A DNA stretch of 64,000 nucleotides from an uncultured Trueperaceae bacterium (GTDB lineage Bacteria; Deinococcota; Deinococci; Deinococcales; Trueperaceae): assembly GCA_963799485.1 (NCBI GenBank), contig CAWCXJ010000006.1, positions 576,001-640,000 of the forward strand. The letters are read 5' to 3'. Numbering within the stretch: position 1 is the stretch's first letter; every line of letters begins with the position of its first letter. The position numbers and the translations under genes were made by a program. The notes below the pieces were generated by a model. That model saw nothing but the letters and a program-made list of their open reading frames with translations. It was not told the DNA's origin and did not search any database. Shown in pieces: positions 1 through 8,910 of this stretch.

Positions 1-1210
1 CCAGATGTCCCAACTCGTACTGCGGAATCCCTTTAGGCCACGGTACGTGTTGGGCCAACTCCGGTTCTGCCACGACGCCCATCATCACGCGCAAATCGCG
101 GCGCACTTCTGCAAGCGCTTCATCCGGCGACAACTCGGCAAAGCCCGGGTCAACGGTGCCCCCGGCGATCACCCGTAAAAGCACGCGCCCGTCCGGAGCC
201 TGACCCGGGAAAATCGACGAGCTGTACAAGACGCCTAAAACCCGCACGCCTTCGCCGCGCGGCACGAGAAAGCCGAAACCATCCAGTGCGTTTGGTACGT
301 CGATGCGGTTATAGCCGAGGCCGAAAACCTGCACGTCGGCGTAGGGGATTTCGCGCAAAGCTGCCGCTGCGTTCGGGGCGAACGGTGCGACGAGTTCAGC
401 GGCAACGAACGACGGTGTGGCGAGGACAACCGCGTCGGCTTCCAGCCTTTCGCCTAAAACCGTGATTTCAAAAGTTCCTTCGTTAAAGCTTAGTTGCTGC
501 ACCGCAACACCTGTCTCGAGCCTCCCCGTAAACCTCTCCTGTAACGCGCTGACCAATGCCCCGCTCCCCCCCGGAAAGCTCGTCAGGCGTTTGGGTTTGT
601 CCGGGTCGGGGTTTTTACGGGCAGCGCGCTGCTGAGCGATTAACCCTCGGACTAAACTGCCGTGTTGACGCTCGAGCGCCCGAAACCTCGGAAAGAGCGC
701 GTCCAGACTCAGCTTTTTCGCGTCCCCTGCGGTAACTCCCAACACGAACGGCCCCGCAAAAGTCTCGGCGACGCCGCGCCCGAAGTGCCGCGTCACAAAG
801 TCGTAAACCGATTCTTCTTTGTTAGCAGCGCGGCCTAAAACGGGTTCGGCGGCGGCGCGGAGTTTTTCAGAAGGCAGGAGCAGGTTAGACACTAAAAAAG
901 CCGGGGGAGACGCGGGCAGTTTTTGCAGTGCGCCGTTTTTATACAAAAGCCGAGATTTGGCGACCTCGGCGGCTTCGCGCAGCTCGAGCCCCAACTCCCT
1001 CGCCAAGTCGAGCGTATCTGGAACATTGGGTAAAAAGCCGTTCGCGGCCCAGTCTACGGTGTAGCCGTCCCGCTGCGTCGCACGGACTTTGCCGCCCGCT
1101 TGGGGGAGTTTCTCGAGCACCGTAAGCTTCAGCTCAGGCTGCGCCTGCTGCAAAAAAAAAGCGGTACCGAGACCCGCGAGCCCACCACCGACGATGACGA
1201 CATGTTTCAT
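1..1210 (-). CDS. hemG: Protoporphyrinogen/coproporphyrinogen oxidase (HemG/HemY family), 3' end runs off the window
   Basis: Manual translation from ATG at 1210: MKHVIVVGGGLAGLGTAFFLQQAQPELKLTVLEK (FAD GxGxxG), then YTVDWAANGF, FVLGVTAGDA and MDGFGFLVPRGE. TATCCT -10 lies 6 nt upstream. Absent from the ORF track because it is open-ended. Confidence 0.9.
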   Translation of the reverse strand, partial: MKHVVIVGGGLAGLGTAFFLQQAQPELKLTVLEKLPQAGGKVRATQRDGYTVDWAANGFLPNVPDTLDLARELGLELREAAEVAKSRLLYKNGALQKLPASPPAFLVSNLLLPSEKLRAAAEPVLGRAANKEESVYDFVTRHFGRGVAETFAGPFVLGVTAGDAKKLSLDALFPRFRALERQHGSLVRGLIAQQRAARKNPDPDKPKRLTSFPGGSGALVSALQERFTGRLETGVAVQQLSFNEGTFEITVLGERLEADAVVLATPSFVAAELVAPFAPNAAAALREIPYADVQVFGLGYNRIDVPNALDGFGFLVPRGEGVRVLGVLYSSSIFPGQAPDGRVLLRVIAGGTVDPGFAELSPDEALAEVRRDLRVMMGVVAEPELAQHVPWPKGIPQYELGHL

Positions 1211-1249
1211 CCGCTTAGGATAACCCGACAAACGTTCCGCACCGGAAAG

Positions 1250-1412
1250 CAAAAAACAACCCGGAGCGAGATGCTCCGGGTTGGGTACCCGCCTGGTTCT
1301 GAGGACAACTAAAGCCATCTCTCAGGACGAGGCCATGGTCAGTTACCCTCGACGGGTACCTCCACTGGTCTGTTCATTTTGTAAAATTAGGACCACCTCC
1401 TTTCTGTGGTAA
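1250..1412 (-). ncRNA. Candidate structured small RNA or micropeptide mRNA
   Basis: TACAAT -10 just upstream, extended SD-like AGAAAGGAGGTGGTCC, nested stems (GGTACCCG/CGGGTACC; GAGGGTAACT/AGTTGTCCTC) and a terminator. Confidence 0.6.
1251..1283 (-). terminator. Intrinsic terminator of a small minus-strand transcript
   Basis: Perfect 11-bp stem CAACCCGGAGC/GCTCCGGGTTG followed by a T-run on the minus strand. Confidence 0.85.
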
Positions 1413-1632
1413 AAAGATTGTACAGCAAAAGCGCCGTAAAGGTGTAGGGTTTGTTACGTTTTTGTCAGCCGGTTTCCGGTCAACTCGTATAAAGCTCCGC
1501 CAGGGTAGTGCTTAGTGCTGCGCATACAGATTTTTGACCTGCACGTGCTTTCTCAGGGATACGGGATTGCCGATTGAGCGTTGGTCGGGCTCGAGGACAT
1601 CTGCCCCTGGCAGCGCGCTTATACTTTTTCTG

Positions 1633-2250
1633 GTGAGGCTCTCTATACGTCAACTCTGGACGCTTGTACTCGTCGGTCTTGTCGCCGCTGCCGTTGCCGG
1701 CTTTGCCTATGTGCAGCTGCAACGTACGGTCACGCCGCAAAACTATACCGAGTTTTACGGCACGCCGCTCGACAATCCCGTTCAGGTCGCACCTTTTACG
1801 CTGACCGACGCGCAGGGTGAACGGGTTACGCTCGCGAAGTGGCGTGGCGACCTGCTCCTCGTGTTTTTCGGCTTTACCCGCTGCCCCGACGTGTGTCCAC
1901 TGACGCTTGGGCGACTGGCGAAAGTCTACGAAGATTTGGGCGAACCCGAAGACCTGCAAGTCGTGATGATTACCGTCGACCCGCAGTACGACACGCCAAA
2001 GCTCACACAGCAGTACGCAGGTAGCTTCAACCCGGATTTTGTAGGCTTGAGCGGCAGCAGCAGCGATATTGCAACTGCTGCTAAAACGTTTTTCGTCGGC
2101 TACCGGGGGCTTAAGAACAACGACTTTTTGCACACCGATTCGGTCGCGCTCCTAGACCGTAAAGGGAAGATGCGCTTTATCTACGGTCAGGACAAGGTGG
2201 CGCGTCTCAGCGAAGACCTGCCCCGGATGCTCGCCTCACGCAAATTTTGA
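1633..2250 (+). CDS. SCO1/SenC family copper chaperone
   Basis: FGFTRCPDVCP (CxxxC), downstream His and an N-terminal TM segment. Start moved to GTG 1633, 7 nt after TATACT. Confidence 0.93.
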   Translation: MRLSIRQLWTLVLVGLVAAAVAGFAYVQLQRTVTPQNYTEFYGTPLDNPVQVAPFTLTDAQGERVTLAKWRGDLLLVFFGFTRCPDVCPLTLGRLAKVYEDLGEPEDLQVVMITVDPQYDTPKLTQQYAGSFNPDFVGLSGSSSDIATAAKTFFVGYRGLKNNDFLHTDSVALLDRKGKMRFIYGQDKVARLSEDLPRMLASRKF

Positions 2251-2252
2251 GC

Positions 2253-3194
2253 TCAGAGCAACTTGTCTAACTCGTCGGCAAAGGTCGGATGCTTGAAGGT
2301 AAAGCCGTCGCGCCCCAACCGTGCCGGAAGCACCTTGGCACTCGCTAAAATGAGCGCGTCGGCGAGACCGCCGAGCGCGAGGCGCAACGCGAAAGCCGGA
2401 GCCGGAACGACTGCCGGACGTGAGAGCTTAGCGGCTGTTTGCCGGGTCAGTTCAAGCTGCCGCACCGGTTCGGGTGCGGTGAGGTTATAGACGCCTACCT
2501 CGTCACTTTCAAGCAAAAAAAGAATGGCGCGGGCAAGGTCGCCCGCGTCGATCCACGAAAACCACTGTTGCCCGCTGCCGAGCGGCCCACCGACAAAGAG
2601 CTTGATAGGCAAGAGCAGCTTCTGCCAGGTTTCGGCCTCTTTTGACAGCACGATACCGAAACGCCCGGTGACAAGCCGTGCGCCGCCCGCGTCTCCCGGC
2701 GCTGCTTCCCAGAGCCGACAAAGCTCGCTGAGCGGCTCGTTGCCGATAGGCGAGCGCTCGGTCAGTTCGGTGTCGCCACGGTCGCCGTAAAAGCCGGTTG
2801 CCGAGGCTTGGAACCAGACTTTGGCGGGGCTTTCAGCGCGTCTTTGCGCGAGCAGGAGCGCTTCGGCACTCTCGAGGCGGCTCGTTAGGATACGCTCCAA
2901 ATGGTCTTTGCCGAGTCTGCCGTCGGCAATCGAAGCGCCCGCCAGGTTGATAATCGCGTGTGCACCCGAAACGGCTTCCGTAAGACTTCTAAGCGCAGCC
3001 TCGTCGCCCCGACTCGCCGCTTTAGCGTCCCACGTGACCCAGGTTTGACCGTCCGGGGCGGTTCTGCCACGGCTCCGGGTCAACAGGCGCAGGTCGTAGC
3101 TATCTTTAGCCGCCTGAATCAAGTGTGAACCGACGAGGCCGGACGCGCCGGAAATCACGAGCACAGGACGCTTGGATTTGCTGTCTACAGTCAT
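2253..3194 (-). CDS. TIGR01777-family NAD-dependent epimerase/oxidoreductase
   Basis: ISGASGLVG, INLAGASI, ASATGFYG and GGPLGSGQQWFSWI motifs. Start at MTVDSK. Confidence 0.9.
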   Translation of the reverse strand: MTVDSKSKRPVLVISGASGLVGSHLIQAAKDSYDLRLLTRSRGRTAPDGQTWVTWDAKAASRGDEAALRSLTEAVSGAHAIINLAGASIADGRLGKDHLERILTSRLESAEALLLAQRRAESPAKVWFQASATGFYGDRGDTELTERSPIGNEPLSELCRLWEAAPGDAGGARLVTGRFGIVLSKEAETWQKLLLPIKLFVGGPLGSGQQWFSWIDAGDLARAILFLLESDEVGVYNLTAPEPVRQLELTRQTAAKLSRPAVVPAPAFALRLALGGLADALILASAKVLPARLGRDGFTFKHPTFADELDKLL

Positions 3195-3270
3195 ACACCA
3201 GCGTAGCGTAGCGCTCGCCGCCAGACTGCGCTGCACCCGACGGTCGCTGCCGACAGGTCAAGCGAGCGGC

Positions 3271-3777
3271 CTACTTCGACAAGCTGGCAAGTTGTTTGAC
3301 AAGGCTCGGGGTCAGGGCGCTGTGAAGCTCCGAGTGCCCCGCCTTTAGCGCTCCGTCGAGCCGTACTATCATCCCTTTACGAAAACGTACCCCGGCGCGA
3401 CCTTCCGCGCCGCTAAGCAGATAACTCGTCAGGCCGCTCAAGTAAGGTTCGTGACCAACGAGAGCGACAGTCGTGTCGGACTTTCTCAGGGTTTCCCGGA
3501 GCACGGTTAAAAGTCCGGGGTAGTCGTCGCCGGTTAGTTCGCTCAGCAGCTCGAGCCGCCCGCCCCGAACGTGCGGCGTCAGCGGTGCGGCGGTTTCGGC
3601 GGCGCGGATATAGGGCGACGAAAAGAGCCGGTGAAAGCGGATGTCGAGGTTGCTGAGGGTCTGGGAGAGTATCTCCGCTTGTTTTTGGCCTTTGCGCGAC
3701 AAGGGGCGCAGATGGTCGTCCGGGTTTTCGTGGCGCGCCGCGCCCGCGTGGGCGTGCCGGATTAGATAGAGCGTCAT
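3271..3777 (-). CDS. sixA: SixA-like phosphohistidine phosphatase
   Basis: LIRHAHA, RPLS, SSPYIRAAETA and LVGHEP motifs. Confidence 0.85.
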   Translation of the reverse strand: MTLYLIRHAHAGAARHENPDDHLRPLSRKGQKQAEILSQTLSNLDIRFHRLFSSPYIRAAETAAPLTPHVRGGRLELLSELTGDDYPGLLTVLRETLRKSDTTVALVGHEPYLSGLTSYLLSGAEGRAGVRFRKGMIVRLDGALKAGHSELHSALTPSLVKQLASLSK

Positions 3778-4380
3778 CTACAACCGTCCTAAAAGAGTCA
3801 GCGCGTGTGTGAGCTTGTCTTGCGCGTGGGGCGTAAGGCCGGGTCGGGTCAGGGGTGCTGCAAACGTCTCGAGGTCGGCGTCTGGCGTGTCGGCTGCGGC
3901 TTCAAGCTCGAGTTCAAGGAAGGTGACGCGCTGCTCGCCGTGCGTACTCGTCACTTTGTCGAAGGTCAGTTCGGCCTGGACTTTTCCGGCCTCGACGAGC
4001 AGATAACGTTTACGCGCTGTGCTGAGTTCTAAAAGCGGCTCGAGCTTGTCGATGACCCCGAGCGGCTCGAGTTTAGCCAATATGACGTCGGGCCAAACGT
4101 CGGCGCAGGGCAGCTCGAGTTCTTCGCGGGTGTGCAGACTCCCGTTCACGACGTCCGCGCCTTTATAGGTCGCCAGCGTTTGCCCACCGAAATACCGCTG
4201 CCGCAACGCCACACCCGCGCGCAGCAGGGTCAGGCCGGGCGTGTCGTAGTAGATGTCCCTTTGTTCCCGGACGCCTTGGGCGTGAAGCTCGAGGCCCAGC
4301 ACCGCGTACTGCTCTTGTAGCTGCCTCACTTCGGGAAACGCCCCGGCAACCTCGAATTTGTGTTCACGTTCAAACGCCAT
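3778..4380 (-). CDS. CYTH-domain protein
   Basis: N-terminal EREHKF (ExExK), YYDTP, LRQR, REELE and ELELE motifs. Confidence 0.88.
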   Translation of the reverse strand: MAFEREHKFEVAGAFPEVRQLQEQYAVLGLELHAQGVREQRDIYYDTPGLTLLRAGVALRQRYFGGQTLATYKGADVVNGSLHTREELELPCADVWPDVILAKLEPLGVIDKLEPLLELSTARKRYLLVEAGKVQAELTFDKVTSTHGEQRVTFLELELEAAADTPDADLETFAAPLTRPGLTPHAQDKLTHALTLLGRL

Positions 4381-4407
4381 ACCCTACTCTAGCTGCATCA
4401 CAGCTGC

Positions 4408-4461
4408 TTGACATAGGTTGCGGCGCTACCTATACTAAGCTATACCTTAATTGTTTAGGTA
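4408..4461 (+). promoter_or_regulatory. Sigma70-type promoter of the lexA operon with overlapping TACCT/AGGT half-sites
   Basis: TTGACA (4408-4413), 17 bp, TATACT (4431-4436). Inverted repeats TAGGT-N9-ACCTA and TACCT-N9-AGGTA overlap it. Confidence 0.75.
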
Positions 4462-4502
4462 CCAACCAAACAGCAGAAGACGGGAGTCATAAAGGTGAAG
4501 GC

Positions 4503-5117
4503 ATGAACGAACTACCAAAAATGCAACGAAAAGTTTATGAACGCCTCTGTGAGGTCAAAGAGCGCACCGGCAGAGCGCCGGACTTGGCGGTTTTTGCCAG
4601 AGAGCTCAACATTCACTATGTTTCGTTGCGGCAGCATCTTGAAGCCTTGCACCGTAAAGGGTTTTTAGTCTTCGAGAGCCGTGGGCGTGGTCAGTCGCCA
4701 CGTTTGGAATTGCCGCTCAGGGCAACCGGCGTCCCGGTCTTGGGGAGCATTCCCGCCGGGCCTTTAAGCGAAGCGCTCGCTGAACCCGAGGGGTTTTTAC
4801 CGCTCAGCAACGCCCGCGAGCAGTTTGCGCTGCGCGTCTCCGGGAACTCGATGGCCGACCTGATTCAAAACGGCGACATCGTGCTCTTTCGTCAGGGAAT
4901 GCCCGAACGAAGCGGCGAAATCTGCGCGGTGAGAGTTGAGAGCAGTGAAGTCACCCTCAAGTATGTAGACCGGCTCGAGCCCAAAACCATCGCCCTGCGT
5001 CCGCACAACCCGCAATATCCGACCCTGGCAGTTCCGGCCCGAGACGTTCACATCGAAGGTGTATACGTCGGGCTGGTACGTGGTGAGCTGATTGGAGCGC
5101 TTTATGAAGACTGTTAG
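4503..5117 (+). CDS. lexA: LexA-family repressor (wHTH plus S24 peptidase)
   Basis: N-terminal wHTH (QHLEALHRKGFL), Ala-Gly cleavage site in IPAGP, catalytic Ser in GNSM and Lys in VTLK. Confidence 0.88.
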   Translation: MNELPKMQRKVYERLCEVKERTGRAPDLAVFARELNIHYVSLRQHLEALHRKGFLVFESRGRGQSPRLELPLRATGVPVLGSIPAGPLSEALAEPEGFLPLSNAREQFALRVSGNSMADLIQNGDIVLFRQGMPERSGEICAVRVESSEVTLKYVDRLEPKTIALRPHNPQYPTLAVPARDVHIEGVYVGLVRGELIGALYEDC

Positions 5118-5230
5118 GTTTTAGGCTTGCGAGCGCCCGCGCCATCCGCCAAGATTTGCGGGCCTCACCCTGATCACGCCTCTCATGTAGCCGAACTTAG
5201 CCGTAACCGACTCGAACAGAAGGAGAACGT

Positions 5231-5587
5231 ATGAACCATCCTGTCTCAACCTTTAGGGCGTTGTCAAGCGCGTTTCAGTACGACGCCGCCAGCCCGAGTG
5301 TCGATACCCTGGCCGCTGAGTTGGCTGCCCAAGTAGGTAGGGGAAGCCACGCCCTCTTGCTGGGTCTTATTCACCGCGACGCCGTGCGCAAGTTTTACGG
5401 TCTTGTTTACCTGCTCGATGGTTACGGCCTCACACTCCGGCAACGCCACCGCGTACAGGGCGACGGCGTATTCGTTTACGCCGAACGTAAAAATGCTGCG
5501 CTGTCCGAGTTCGAGGGTGCCGTGGTTTCAGAGCGTGTTTCTGAACGTGTCACCGAAAGTCCTTACGTGTTCCCGCAGGCGGCTTGA
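5231..5587 (+). CDS. Hypothetical protein in the lexA operon
   Basis: Strong SD AAGGAG; stop lies 1 nt before the next ATG. Confidence 0.75.
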   Translation: MNHPVSTFRALSSAFQYDAASPSVDTLAAELAAQVGRGSHALLLGLIHRDAVRKFYGLVYLLDGYGLTLRQRHRVQGDGVFVYAERKNAALSEFEGAVVSERVSERVTESPYVFPQAA

Positions 5588-5588
5588 G

Positions 5589-6323
5589 ATGGCGCTCTCC
5601 TGGGATGAACTGAGTGCAAAGCTGGCAGAACCCTTTCCGGCGGCGGTCGTGTCGTGGCGGGCAGGTTCGGTCAGCCGTGACAAAAAGCGGGCGCAGGCGC
5701 TTGCCTACGCTGAACCTAGAGTTTATGAAGACCGCCTCAATGAGGTTTTAGGCCCGGACTGGTCGTGCCGTTTTATCACCTGGGGTGAGCAGCGCCTTCT
5801 CTGTGAGCTGAGCGTCACCGTGCAAGACGGCGCGGGCGGCGTCCGCGCAATCACCCGTACCTCGACCGGCGAGTTCGATTCGAACGACCGGGTGGCCCAA
5901 GGGACGGCAGCGGAAGCGCAGGCGTTCAAACGGGCGTGTAGCAAGTTTGGTTTGGGCCGTTACCTCTACGATTTGCCGATTTCGTGGGTCGGCTACGACG
6001 AGAACACCTGTCGCCTGACCGAAACGCCGAGTTTGCCCAAACAGAGCACCGCAGCACCGAAACCCGCGCCTGTTACGGAAGTGCGTGAAGCTGAACCCAC
6101 TGGCCCGATGCTTTCAGCGCGGCGCGCCGACGCGATGCAGCGCGAACTCAAGAAACTTGGGTTCGCCGAACGCGAACAGCGCAGGCTTGCCGAAAAAGTC
6201 TTGGGTCATAAGGTCGCACAGTTTTCCGAGCTGACCGAAGCGGAAGCGCTCGAGGTCTGGAACGTCGCACGGCGCTCACCGCTCAAAGCACCCCCACGCA
6301 CGGCGCACGCGGCAGGGCTTTAG
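5589..6323 (+). CDS. Rad52/Rad22-family ssDNA annealing protein (DdrA-like) with a C-terminal extension
   Basis: LAEPFP..VSWR, ALAY..R...DRLNEVLG..W and AFKRACSKFGLGRYLY..P..WV motifs. True start ATG 5589. Confidence 0.88.
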   Translation: MALSWDELSAKLAEPFPAAVVSWRAGSVSRDKKRAQALAYAEPRVYEDRLNEVLGPDWSCRFITWGEQRLLCELSVTVQDGAGGVRAITRTSTGEFDSNDRVAQGTAAEAQAFKRACSKFGLGRYLYDLPISWVGYDENTCRLTETPSLPKQSTAAPKPAPVTEVREAEPTGPMLSARRADAMQRELKKLGFAEREQRRLAEKVLGHKVAQFSELTEAEALEVWNVARRSPLKAPPRTAHAAGL

Positions 6324-6478
6324 TGTCCGCACCAGCCTCACCGCCGCCCGAAACCGAAACCTGGGCGGCGGAGGTTCGTTACCGCTGTCCGAAATGTCGG
6401 CTCGAGGTCGGCCTGATGTTAAAAGCGTCGGTCAGTTGCAGCCGCTGTGGGCGGGCGATGAAGCGCACGACGAAATAG
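6323..6478 (+). CDS. 51-aa zinc-ribbon microprotein (not in the ORF track)
   Basis: GTG overlaps the upstream stop (TAGTG). Translation MSAPASPPPETETWAAEVRYRCPKCRLEVGLMLKASVSCSRCGRAMKRTTK contains two CxxC. Confidence 0.7.
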   Translation: MSAPASPPPETETWAAEVRYRCPKCRLEVGLMLKASVSCSRCGRAMKRTTK

Positions 6479-6491
6479 CGAGGTGGCAGCT

Positions 6492-6725
6492 ATGTTGCCT
6501 GAACTCACCCTGATAACTTGTGAGACGTGTGGCGGCGACGGTTACACCCTCTTTCTGACCGAAGCGGCGGGCGACGGTTTGCCCACTGAACACAGTGAAG
6601 CTTGTACAGTTTGCGGCGGTTCAGGAGAGGTCGAGGTTTGTGAGGGGTGCTTTGAAGTGCCCGAGATTTCAGGCGGGCTCGAGGTCTGTAGTTGTGTCTC
6701 GGTGGCCTTACGCCGCGCCGCCTAA
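6492..6725 (+). CDS. Small Cys-rich zinc-finger protein
   Basis: SD GAGGTG; CETCGGDG and CTVCGGSG (CxxCxGxG) plus CEGC and CSC. Confidence 0.78.
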   Translation: MLPELTLITCETCGGDGYTLFLTEAAGDGLPTEHSEACTVCGGSGEVEVCEGCFEVPEISGGLEVCSCVSVALRRAA

Positions 6726-6794
6726 ACTCGGCTCACAGCTGCAACTGAACCATGGGCCGCTTCGGGCGGCTCAGAAACGGTTTTTCAGGTTTCG

Positions 6795-7556
6795 TTACGT
6801 GTTTTCAAGTGAATGGTTGTCGAAATCGTAGCCGAACAGCTCGATGTCCCTGCGGTAAACGTCCGCTACGATGGCTTTGGCTTCTTCGGAGTAGTAGTCG
6901 CGGAAGTCTTTTTGCTTACCCTCAGTGACATTGATGCTGTTTAACGCTGTACCGATGCCGAGTTTTGCTCGTATGGTTTCGTAGTCTGTTACGAGCGTCT
7001 CGTAACGACCAATGAAATCCACTACCGGGTCGCGTTTGCCGGGCAAGCAAAGGTAGGTGTACTGGGGTCTGAAATGTCTTCCTAAACGAACATTTCTTGC
7101 ACTCAGCCAACCTTTGACGAAGGCGTCGAAATCACGGTAGCGCGACAAGTACTTTTGGGACCAGCGCAGGTCGCCCTGATTACGCCCCCCTTTTTTTAAG
7201 AAGAAGTAGGCAGACACTGCGCGGTCCCAGGGGTTTCTGACGAAGGTAAACTTAAAAAACTGCTCGAATTCTTGGTTACTAAAAATCGTTTGATACTCCA
7301 GAACCGAAAGATGATTACCGGTAACACCGCCGAACAGACCGGTACCTACGGATATACCTGCCGCTTTGGGAATATGCACGAAAATACAGCGGTTGTCGTA
7401 AAACGGTTTGAGCGACGACCTCGCGGGGTCTGCCCCTGTGGAGTACGGCAAGCCGTGAAATAAACCGTGCTTCCTGAGGTAAGCGTTACTGAAAAGGCGG
7501 CGTCTATATTCTAACGGAAGACGCCACAAGAGGTTTTTCGCGGTACGCTTGATCAT
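6795..7556 (-). CDS. Sulfotransferase family 2 protein
   Basis: FVHIPKAAG (5'-PSB), FVRNPWDRAVSAY, HFRPQ, DFIGRYE and DIELFGY motifs. Confidence 0.9.
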   Translation of the reverse strand: MIKRTAKNLLWRLPLEYRRRLFSNAYLRKHGLFHGLPYSTGADPARSSLKPFYDNRCIFVHIPKAAGISVGTGLFGGVTGNHLSVLEYQTIFSNQEFEQFFKFTFVRNPWDRAVSAYFFLKKGGRNQGDLRWSQKYLSRYRDFDAFVKGWLSARNVRLGRHFRPQYTYLCLPGKRDPVVDFIGRYETLVTDYETIRAKLGIGTALNSINVTEGKQKDFRDYYSEEAKAIVADVYRRDIELFGYDFDNHSLENT

Positions 7557-7734
7557 CCTGAAAATTATCCCTTAACTTTGACTACTCGCTGCTTTCTGGT
7601 GGCGAAGCGGAGGTTGGTTGCACCCACTACTGTCTAAGCAGCACGCCGTAAACCCTGCAAAGTTTAACAGATACCGGACTACAGGTGTGCGGTTACGCCG
7701 CAAACCGGTAAGAACCGGATAGGCTATAACCCGG

Positions 7735-8910
7735 TTAGGCCCCGGCTAGCGCCCGCTCACGCAGTTCAGCTACTTTATCGGTTTTCTCCCAGGGAAACTC
7801 CGCGCGCCCGAAGTGACCATACGCGCTCGTCTCTCGGTAAATCGGGCGTTTAAGGTTGAGCTGCGCGATAATTGCCGCCGGACGTGCGTCGAAAACATCT
7901 TGCAAGAGTTCGGCGAGCAGCTCATCTGAGAGGTCTGAAGTGCCGAAGGTGTCTACATAGATACCGACGGGTTGCGCGACGCCGATGGCGTAAGCAAGCT
8001 GAACTTGCGCGCGTTTGGCGAGCCCCGCCGCAACCAGGTTTTTAGCCATATAGCGCGCGTAGTACGAGGCGCTGCGGTCGACTTTGGTCGGGTCTTTACC
8101 GCTAAACGCACCGCCACCGTGCGGCGCGGCCCCGCCGTAGGTATCGACGATAATCTTGCGCCCGGTGAGCCCTGCGTCCCCTTCGGGGCCGCCGATAACA
8201 AAGCGCCCGGTCGGGTTGATATAAAAGCGCGTCTCGGCAGTTAGTAGCTGCTCGGGGATGGCGGCGCGGATGACGTGGGTCTCGAGGTCTGTTATCAGCC
8301 GGTCATTCTCGACGTCCGGGTCGTGTTGCGCGGACAAGACGACCGCCGTAACTTTTACGGGGGCGTCGCCGTCGTAGGCAATCGTCACCTGCGCCTTGCC
8401 GTCCGGGCGAAGATAACCCAGCAACCCGGTTTTTCTCACCTCCGCCAAGCGGCGGGTCAAGGCGTGTGCGAGGGTAATAGGTAGCGGCATCAGCTCAGGG
8501 GTTTCGTCGGTGGCGTAGCCGAACATCAGCCCCTGGTCGCCCGCGCCCACGAGGTCGTAAGGGTCTCCCGAACCCGCGTCTTGCGCGCGTGAAACGCCCT
8601 GCGCGATATCAGGCGACTGTTCGGTAATCGCAATCAGCACCGCCGAATGGTCGGCGTCGATGCCGTAAGCGGCGTCGGTGTAGCCGACTTCGCGCACCGT
8701 ATCGCGCACCAGCCGCTGCAGATCGACGTAGCCGTTACAGGTGACTTCTCCGGCGATCAGTGCGAGCCCTTTAGTTAGAATAGTTTCAGCGGCGACGCGG
8801 GCGTCCGGGTCAACAGCTAACATCGCGTCCAAAACGCTGTCGCTGATACGGTCGGCGAGTTTGTCGGGGTGGCCTTCCGTGACCGATTCTGAAGTGATGA
8901 GTTTATACAT
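7735..8910 (-). CDS. metK: S-adenosylmethionine synthetase
   Basis: [18 protein letters not shown] and [16 protein letters not shown] motifs. Start MYKLITSES after SD AGGAG. Confidence 0.98.
   Translation of the reverse strand: MYKLITSESVTEGHPDKLADRISDSVLDAMLAVDPDARVAAETILTKGLALIAGEVTCNGYVDLQRLVRDTVREVGYTDAAYGIDADHSAVLIAITEQSPDIAQGVSRAQDAGSGDPYDLVGAGDQGLMFGYATDETPELMPLPITLAHALTRRLAEVRKTGLLGYLRPDGKAQVTIAYDGDAPVKVTAVVLSAQHDPDVENDRLITDLETHVIRAAIPEQLLTAETRFYINPTGRFVIGGPEGDAGLTGRKIIVDTYGGAAPHGGGAFSGKDPTKVDRSASYYARYMAKNLVAAGLAKRAQVQLAYAIGVAQPVGIYVDTFGTSDLSDELLAELLQDVFDARPAAIIAQLNLKRPIYRETSAYGHFGRAEFPWEKTDKVAELRERALAGA

Noticed and set aside
1152..1160. A9 tract near the hemG start as a phase-variation switch
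   Set aside because: It is in frame in a housekeeping gene, with no evidence of variation.
1389..1405. GGACCACCTCCTTTCT as a 16S rRNA gene end or fragment
   Set aside because: The flanks show no rRNA sequence. It reads better as an SD-like block on the opposite-strand transcript.
4503..6725. Prophage
   Set aside because: No integrase, replication, structural or lysis genes, no att sites, and housekeeping flanks.
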